Part shown: one piece after another, positions 24,541 through 30,941 of the stretch | Numbering within the stretch: the first letter of the stretch is position 1 | Layout: each line of letters starts with the position of its first letter | Assembly: GCA_031414875.1 (NCBI GenBank) | Contig: JANOQO010000028.1 | Location: 106,445-138,444, forward strand | Reading direction: 5' to 3' | From: Synechococcales cyanobacterium VAR_4_metabat_312 | Lineage (GTDB): Bacteria > Cyanobacteriota > Cyanobacteriia > Cyanobacteriales > Chamaesiphonaceae | Length of the DNA: 32,000 bases | Program-made: the position numbers and the translations under genes | Notes under the pieces: generated by a model | Told to the model about the DNA's origin: nothing | Seen by the model: the letters and a program-made list of their open reading frames with translations, nothing else | Databases searched by the model: none

Positions 24541-26474
24541 TAGAAGCCACCATAGTTATTAATTGCAGCCAGCAGTCGATCGACCACCGCATCCACGAGC
24601 ATTGCACCCAGTTCGCCACCAGCACGAGTCCGCACACTCATAGTTTGAGCTTCCATTTCGTTGGCCCCAACGATGCCCACTACCGGAACCTTAGCTTTTT
24701 CTACATTGCGAATCATTTTACCTAGTCGATCATTACTAGTATCTAGCTCGGCACGGATACCAGCCATTAATAGTCGATCGGTCACAGTCCGGGCATATTC
24801 TAAAAAGTCTGGAGCTACAGGCACTAGGCGAATCTGCACCGGCGCTAACCAGATGGGGAAGTCACCAGCATATTCTTCGATTAAAATGCCAATCAATCTT
24901 TCTAACGAACCAAAAGGTGCCCGGTGAATCATGACCGGACGTTGACGAGTGCCATCTTCCGAAACATATTCTAGATCAAAGCGCTCCGGCAAGTTGTAAT
25001 CTACTTGGACTGTTCCTAGCTGCCATTCTCTTTCCAAAACGTCTTGGAAAATAAAATCTAGCTTTGGACCATAAAAAGCCGCTTCGCCAATACCTTCAAA
25101 GTGGTCAATATCCAATTTCTCTACCGCGCGACGGATGGCACCTTGGGCTTTTTCCCAGGCTTCATCAGAGCCGATGTATTTATCTTTCAGTTCTGGATCA
25201 CGGAAGCTGAGGCGTGCGCGAAATTTTTTCAGGTTCAGAGCTTTGAACACTGTCAAAATCAAATCTACGACTTTCAGGAACTCCGCATCGAGCTGATCGG
25301 GTGTCACAAACAAGTGAGAATCATCCACCGTAAAGCCGCGCACCCGAGTCAAACCACCCAGTTCACCAGATTGTTCGTAGCGATACACTGTGCCAAACTC
25401 GGCCAAGCGCATTGGTAGCTCTCGATAAGAGCGCAGCTCACTCTTATAGATCTGGATATGGAAAGGACAGTTCATTGGCTTCATGACAAAGCCTTGCTCT
25501 CGCACTTCTGCTAGCAACTCAGCGGTACTTTTAGCCGTGCCATCTTCTGCATTGATTGGAATAGCCCGACCTTGAGCCAGCGATCGAATCTCGGCCTCAG
25601 ACTTAGTCCCTAGATCCACATCCTCGGTTTCCCGCATCAAGGGGAACATGTCCTCTTTGTATTTCTGCCAGTGTCCAGAGATTTTAAACAGATCTACCTT
25701 GGCAACGTGGGGAGTGACGACCTGTTGATAGCCTCGCTTCATCTGCTCTTTTTTGAGGAAATCTTCCAGGGTCGATCGCAATACAGTCCCTTTGGGAGTC
25801 CATAATGGGAACCCCGCACCTACAGAATCAGAGAAAATAAACAGCCCTAGCTCTTTACCCAGCTTGCGATGATCGCGCTTTAAGGCTTCTTCTTTGCGGC
25901 GTTTGTATTCAGCCAACTGCGCCGGGTTTTCCCAGGCCGTACCGTAGATCCGCTGAAGCTGTGCTCGCTTCTCATCGCCGCGCCAATAGGCGCCGGCGAC
26001 ACTCTCTAGCTCGATCGACTTCGGATCTAAATCTCCTGTATTTTCTACGTGTGGCCCCGCACACAAATCCCACCACTTGTCTCCCAGGTGATAAATAGTA
26101 ATGGGTTCGGTCTTAATATCTCCCAAAATTTCTAACTTATATGGCTCATTGATTGCCTGAATTCTTTGCTCAGCTTCAGCCCGAGTCACTTCTTCCCGAG
26201 TTACCGGCAGCTTTTGATTGATGATCTTGATCATTTCTTTTTTGATTGCCTTCAGATCTTGATCAGTAAAAGCTTCTGCTACATCAAAATCGTAGTAAAA
26301 ACCATTGTCAATCCAAGGGCCGATCGTCACCTGGGCTTTAGGAAACAGCTTCTGCACAGCCATAGCCATGACATGAGAGGTGGTATGCCGAATTTTCTTT
26401 AGGCTCTCCGACTCATTGGTTTTTGGTAGATAAATTTCTTCTACTACTTCCTGTAGCCGATCCTCAGTAGACAT
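24540..26474 (-). CDS. thrS: Threonine--tRNA ligase (no TGS domain; has an internal insertion)
   Basis: HTTSHVMAMAVQKLFP..IGPWIDNGFYYDF (editing domain), KRDHRKLG, KPMNCPFH, RVRGFTVDDSH, FYGPKLDF and a class II anticodon-binding C-terminus. I prefer the ATG at 26474 to the TTG at 26507. Confidence 0.93.
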   Translation of the reverse strand: MSTEDRLQEVVEEIYLPKTNESESLKKIRHTTSHVMAMAVQKLFPKAQVTIGPWIDNGFYYDFDVAEAFTDQDLKAIKKEMIKIINQKLPVTREEVTRAEAEQRIQAINEPYKLEILGDIKTEPITIYHLGDKWWDLCAGPHVENTGDLDPKSIELESVAGAYWRGDEKRAQLQRIYGTAWENPAQLAEYKRRKEEALKRDHRKLGKELGLFIFSDSVGAGFPLWTPKGTVLRSTLEDFLKKEQMKRGYQQVVTPHVAKVDLFKISGHWQKYKEDMFPLMRETEDVDLGTKSEAEIRSLAQGRAIPINAEDGTAKSTAELLAEVREQGFVMKPMNCPFHIQIYKSELRSYRELPMRLAEFGTVYRYEQSGELGGLTRVRGFTVDDSHLFVTPDQLDAEFLKVVDLILTVFKALNLKKFRARLSFRDPELKDKYIGSDEAWEKAQGAIRRAVEKLDIDHFEGIGEAAFYGPKLDFIFQDVLEREWQLGTVQVDYNLPERFDLEYVSEDGTRQRPVMIHRAPFGSLERLIGILIEEYAGDFPIWLAPVQIRLVPVAPDFLEYARTVTDRLLMAGIRAELDTSNDRLGKMIRNVEKAKVPVVGIVGANEMEAQTMSVRTRAGGELGAMLVDAVVDRLLAAINNYGGF

Positions 26475-26687
26475 GATATCGATGTTCTCACAATGACGTA
26501 AATCCAACCATTATCTTAGCGCCTTTGGCGTTTTTGATGAAAATTTGGCAGTCTTGGAAACATTGCCCTAAAGCCGCTGTTCCTCACAAAAGTCATCAAT
26601 TATTAATCCTTGCTCAAGTAAAAGTAAAGAATTGTAAAACCGGGTTAGAATTGAGGGATTAATAAAAGTTACTTATCTACACAATCC

Positions 26688-27023
26688 ATGATTTCTCCAC
26701 AACCCTCCTTTGAGCCATCAGAGCAGAGCTTGCTCAAAACCATTCTGCAACCCCTTTTAGCAGATTTTGCCCACTGGTTCGATCGATCGATCCAGCTCCT
26801 AGAAACTGAAAACATGATGTTTTTAGCTGTTTCCGACCAAAAAGACCTGCTAGCACGGGTAAGAAATGCCCAGCAAGAAGTACGGGCAGCTCAAATGTTG
26901 TTCAATGCTACTGATGGCCAAGTAGGGATTGAACCGAGTACCATGCTTACATGGCATAAATTAGTTGGAGAATGCTGGCAGGTATCTACCCGCTTTCGGC
27001 AGTTTCCTCCCTCTGATCGCTAA
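26688..27023 (+). CDS. Conserved hypothetical protein; resembles the cyanobacterial DUF2605 family
   Basis: 111 aa with an ATG start and the motif LLKTILQPLLADFAHWFDRS. The family name is from memory. Confidence 0.6.
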   Translation: MISPQPSFEPSEQSLLKTILQPLLADFAHWFDRSIQLLETENMMFLAVSDQKDLLARVRNAQQEVRAAQMLFNATDGQVGIEPSTMLTWHKLVGECWQVSTRFRQFPPSDR

Positions 27024-27077
27024 GCCCAGTAGAATTATCAGTAAAGTTTTCTGGTAGCCGTAATCTTTCAGGCCAAT

Positions 27078-27362
27078 ATGTTACAAACTATATATTTAAT
27101 TGCTTTTACAATTTTGGCTTTTTTAGCCATTAGTAACCTAATTCGCAGCCTAGTGCATTTTGGCATCGAAGCCCAGCGTCCTTATATACCCAACAACGGT
27201 CAGCCAGTCCATCCAGAAATGTTAGATGGCAATGGTCGGCTCACTAATGAACCACTGTTGGTAATGAAGTCGATCGATGTGGATGAAGCGCGTAGTCGTC
27301 TAGATGCCTTATACAATGACAGCCCCAGTTACTCGGCTGGAGAAGAGGAAAGCCCTAGCTGA
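27078..27362 (+). CDS. Small membrane protein; resembles the cyanobacterial DUF2973 family
   Basis: 94 aa with an N-terminal transmembrane helix, MLQTIYLIAFTILAFLAISNLI. The family name is from memory. Confidence 0.55.
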   Translation: MLQTIYLIAFTILAFLAISNLIRSLVHFGIEAQRPYIPNNGQPVHPEMLDGNGRLTNEPLLVMKSIDVDEARSRLDALYNDSPSYSAGEEESPS

Positions 27363-28021
27363 TGCATTAATGCCGACCAAGAGCAGTCGGCTAAGCTATC
27401 TAAAACCAAATCTGCTTTATTCAATCGATCGGCGGGGCCAACCCCCAATACAATCATGCCTGCAGCTTTAGCGGCTTCTACCCCGGCAGATGCATCTTCG
27501 ATTACTAAACATTTAGCAGCGGGTAAGCCCAATAACTCCGCAGCCTTCTGAAAAACTTCTGGAGAAGGCTTGGAATTAGGTACGCTGTTACCATCAGCAA
27601 CTACCTCAAATAAATTATCAATACCCAGCTTTTGCAAAATCAATGGAGCATTTTTACTCGAAGAACCCAAGGCAATCCGCATTTGCGCGGCCTGAAGTTC
27701 AGCCAAGAGCTTTTGCACTCCCGGCAGTAATTTATCGGAATTCAAAGTTTCAACTAGTTCCAGGTAATAGTCATTCTTGCGGCGGAGCATCTCTAAGCGA
27801 GTAACTGCATCTACAGAATGATTCCGCAGCAAATGATCGACACTCTCTTCGCGCTTCATTCCCAAAATTTGGGAATAATCTTCCTTGCTGAAAGGAATAT
27901 GCCACTCGTCGGCTACCCGTTGCCAAGATTGATAATGGAGGTCGATAGTATCGGCCAACACTCCATCCATGTCAAAAATCACGGCGGAGATTTGTCGATT
28001 TACTTGCTTTACTCTAGGCAT
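27329..28021 (-). CDS. HAD-superfamily hydrolase, beta-phosphoglucomutase/sugar-phosphatase subfamily
   Basis: Motif I is VIFDMDGVLADT, motif II is ALGSSS, and motifs III/IV are K...VIEDASAGVEAAKAAGM. Confidence 0.85.
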   Translation of the reverse strand: MPRVKQVNRQISAVIFDMDGVLADTIDLHYQSWQRVADEWHIPFSKEDYSQILGMKREESVDHLLRNHSVDAVTRLEMLRRKNDYYLELVETLNSDKLLPGVQKLLAELQAAQMRIALGSSSKNAPLILQKLGIDNLFEVVADGNSVPNSKPSPEVFQKAAELLGLPAAKCLVIEDASAGVEAAKAAGMIVLGVGPADRLNKADLVLDSLADCSWSALMHQLGLSSSPAE

Positions 28022-28469
28022 AAACTAGTTCAGGAGTCAGTTTTGTCCAGCGAAAATAGCGCTCACCACCCAATTCCACCACCACCTTAACCTCAGGAAT
28101 CAATTGAGGCAGGCTAGCCAAATAGGTCAACTCTTCCCCGGTCAAAATATGTCCATCCACTAACCATAATACCAAGCCACAGGAGCCTTTAGGCAAAGTG
28201 TCTAGGTGGGTCTGAATCACTGGCAAGACATACTGTATCCGAATATCTTTTTTGCCAAGGTGGGCTGGGCGAACTCCATGTATGGCCGTGAGGTAAGAAG
28301 ACAAATCACCTAGACCTCTGGCCAATAAACGCACGCTTTGATACCCCTTAGTGCGCAATCGCCGCTGATAGCGACCTTCATAGCCCCCTTCTAGGGGAGC
28401 ATAAACGCCTAAAGAACCATGTTTTTCAAGGTCTTGACAGAAAGATTTACCAGTGGTGAGTAAAGGCAC
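28014..28469 (-). CDS. ndhN: NAD(P)H-quinone oxidoreductase (NDH-1) subunit N
   Basis: LLTTGKSFCQDLEKHGSLGVYAPLEGGYEGRYQRRLR..GLGDLSSYLT..HGVRPAHLGKK matches the cyanobacterial NdhN I recall. The GTG at 28469 gives a protein of about 151 aa, the size of known NdhN; the track start at 28556 (TTG) is probably too long. Confidence 0.85.
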   Translation of the reverse strand: MPLLTTGKSFCQDLEKHGSLGVYAPLEGGYEGRYQRRLRTKGYQSVRLLARGLGDLSSYLTAIHGVRPAHLGKKDIRIQYVLPVIQTHLDTLPKGSCGLVLWLVDGHILTGEELTYLASLPQLIPEVKVVVELGGERYFRWTKLTPELVYA

Positions 28470-28687
28470 GACGTGACTCGCTTTAAGGTGTGTTCTGGTT
28501 ATTATGCCACGCAAATTGAACAGCCGAACGAGAGGTTCAGTGAAGAGTGCTGACAAATCAGTAAATATAAAGAAAAATCAACGAAAATCTAGTCCCCCAA
28601 TCCGATATCGTGGGTATAGGCACGAAGTAATCTCAAAACAAATCATAATTTTGTTGCCATCTGTAACAGCCAAGGAGTCGATCGAAC

Positions 28688-29464
28688 ATGGATGATAATT
28701 ACCATAGCTACCTCAATCGAGTGGCAAAACTGACGTTGCCCGACACCTATGCCACGCAGGTCAATACTTTGCAAGAATCGCCGAAGTTTGAGTTGCAAGG
28801 ACAGCAGCGAGTGCCAGTAAATTTTCCGGGATACTCAATTATTACGCCTACGGCCAATGAGGATGCTGCTAATCGCAGCCTCTATGAAAATTTGCAGCAA
28901 TGCCAGCAGCAAATTGTGAAGCAAGTAGCTCCCGATTTAGTGGCTTTAGTATTGCCCGATAGTTTCCACATGACGGTGGCCGATTTGGTTTGGGATAATT
29001 CTTATCATGCGTTGGCCGACAAAGATCCGACCTTTGAGGGAAATCTTTGTCAGCAAATTGCCGCTGGGATGAGCGGGTATACGGCAACTAGTAATGAGCC
29101 AGTGCGTTGGCAGGTGATGGGCTTAATGATTCGTCCAAGGGCTATTTCAGTGAGCTTGGTGCCTGCCAACGAAGAAAGTTATGATCGAGTGTTGGCTTTC
29201 CGTCGATCGGTTTATCAAAACCCAGGTTTGATGGATTTGGGGGTAGAGCAGCAGTATCACTTCACAGCCCACATCACCATTGCTTACTTTGGCAACGTGC
29301 AGCAGGAGTTCGATCAGCAGGCTTTTTGCCACACCTTACAAGATCTCAATCTCCAGTGGATCGAAGCTGCCCCCGAGCTATCTTTTTCTCGGGTAGAGCT
29401 GCGCAAGTTCACTGACATGAATACTTATCAGCGGGAAGAAAATTGGCCGTCCGCTAATATTTAG
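28688..29464 (+). CDS. 2H-phosphoesterase-like protein; resembles the DUF1868 family
   Basis: There are two H-x-T-x motifs about 100 aa apart (FHMTVADL and HFTAHITIAYF). An AAGGAG lies 10 nt upstream of the ATG. Confidence 0.7.
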   Translation: MDDNYHSYLNRVAKLTLPDTYATQVNTLQESPKFELQGQQRVPVNFPGYSIITPTANEDAANRSLYENLQQCQQQIVKQVAPDLVALVLPDSFHMTVADLVWDNSYHALADKDPTFEGNLCQQIAAGMSGYTATSNEPVRWQVMGLMIRPRAISVSLVPANEESYDRVLAFRRSVYQNPGLMDLGVEQQYHFTAHITIAYFGNVQQEFDQQAFCHTLQDLNLQWIEAAPELSFSRVELRKFTDMNTYQREENWPSANI

Positions 29465-29479
29465 TATTATTCACCTGTC

Positions 29480-29511
29480 AAAAAGCGACCCAAATATTTG
29501 GGTCGCTTTTT
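29480..29511. terminator. Bidirectional intrinsic terminator (perfect 32-nt palindrome)
   Basis: AAAAAGCGACCCAAATATTTGGGTCGCTTTTT lies between the convergent genes ending at 29464 (+) and 29527 (-). Confidence 0.8.
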
Positions 29512-29526
29512 GCTTAATTCAGACTT

Positions 29527-29826
29527 TTAGCGACTAGCAGTTCCAGCTAAAGTTCGAGAAGTTGTGCGAGTAGTCTCTGTATCATCTAAAGGCAAAAACT
29601 CTAGATGATTTAGGAGTGTGGTCACAAAAGCAAATAGTAAAAAAGGCAGAGATAGCACCAAAATCAAACCAACTGTGGCCATTGCATAGATTTGGCGAGC
29701 GCTGCTCCACAGAGATAACGCCGAGGCCAAGCTCAAGAAAATCACCATTAACCAAACTACGATTTGACCATAGATATCGCTAAAAGAGAGCGTGCAGACC
29801 ATCCGATATTTTGTGAAGTTGCTCAT
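29527..29826 (-). CDS. Hypothetical small membrane protein (two predicted transmembrane helices)
   Basis: 99 aa with an ATG start and two long hydrophobic spans. It is followed by the shared terminator. Confidence 0.5.
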   Translation of the reverse strand: MSNFTKYRMVCTLSFSDIYGQIVVWLMVIFLSLASALSLWSSARQIYAMATVGLILVLSLPFLLFAFVTTLLNHLEFLPLDDTETTRTTSRTLAGTASR

Positions 29827-30019
29827 AATCTTAAAGGCGTATTTTTTTAGAGAGAATTTAGCCAGCAGCTAGGTAGAATAGGCTTTTCGGCTGGTGCCAA
29901 GAAAAAGAATTCGCAAGTGGTGGTACTTAGTATATTAATTTCGATGCCTTTGTATATGAAGCTTTCGCAATGTTTCGATAAGTTAGTTCGTACAAATCTA
30001 TATATTATGACCAGAGAAA

Positions 30020-30463
30020 TTAACAAAAGAGATTTGGTGGTAGGGCAGCCGCCGATTTTAGTTGTAGCTCGATCGATCTCTGTAAATCCAGCTTACTCAC
30101 ATTTCGCCCCTGACTAGTATCAGCACTATCAAAGAAAACTAACCGGTCAATTTCATTCAATGCCGTCAACTGAAACAACAGATCAATCACCGGCAGTTCT
30201 GCTGAGGCGAGGGCTTCTTGGTAAAAGACCTGTAGGTCGGCAACTTTAGCGAAACAATAGACCACTCTAATTTCTTGCTGAGATTGGCGATTTTGCAGAG
30301 TGGTGGCAATCCATTGGCCGGTGGCACTGACTCCGACACAGTATTGCAAGTGTTTGAGGTCGATCGCTGCCTGTTCTAGAGCTGGAGCCAAGGCGGCAAT
30401 CGAGGTCTGAAGGTCAGCAGGAGCAGCTTCAACCAAGTTTTGGATTTGTTGAGTAAGGGTCAT
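30020..30463 (-). CDS. Hypothetical protein (147 aa from the ATG at 30463)
   Basis: Long ORF with ordinary composition and no family that I recognise. I consider the track start at 30529 less likely than the internal ATG (MTLTQQIQNLVE..). Confidence 0.5.
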   Translation of the reverse strand: MTLTQQIQNLVEAAPADLQTSIAALAPALEQAAIDLKHLQYCVGVSATGQWIATTLQNRQSQQEIRVVYCFAKVADLQVFYQEALASAELPVIDLLFQLTALNEIDRLVFFDSADTSQGRNVSKLDLQRSIELQLKSAAALPPNLFC

Positions 30464-30712
30464 AAGCCAAATTGCTGAAAACATCCATATTAGCGCGATG
30501 TTTCCGGATTCCCAATCATGCCGGATCACTTACTCAGAACTTGGAATATTCCATACAGAACAGTGTCTTCGGTGCAACAAACTAGATAATCTTCAACACT
30601 AACCTTGTGGGGATGTCGCGAAGCGATTGACGTGATGGCGGTTTTGAGTTAAATCAACAAACTGTGGTCTATAGGTCGCTGCGAAGTTTTAGTTGCATAG
30701 AGGTAAATAGCA

Positions 30713-30931
30713 ATGGTAAATAAGCCCGTGTATTTTTTAATGAAGAAACGATTGACAACCGAAGTTGATCAAGAACCCCCTCTGTTTCCCTGGGAAACAG
30801 AAGTGACCGACTACAGCAACGAACCCAGTGGTGATTTAGCTGCTCAAAAAATATTTACCCCAGAAACTACAGATGAAACAGATCAGGCTTTAACTGGGAA
30901 CAATAGAGAAGCGCCACCTCCAGCTTTTTAA
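30713..30931 (+). CDS. Hypothetical acidic small protein (72 aa)
   Basis: The ATG has a GAGG 9 nt upstream, and the ORF ends 10 nt before the next gene. The sequence is low-complexity, acidic and Pro/Thr-rich, so coding status is uncertain. Confidence 0.35.
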   Translation: MVNKPVYFLMKKRLTTEVDQEPPLFPWETEVTDYSNEPSGDLAAQKIFTPETTDETDQALTGNNREAPPPAF

Positions 30932-30941
30932 AACCTTACAA

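Noticed and set aside
26475-26687. A T-box or tRNA-mimic operator leader upstream of thrS.
   Set aside because: There is no T-box consensus (AGAGA / UGGNACCGCG-like) and no convincing anticodon-arm mimic. The only structure is a 4-bp hairpin.
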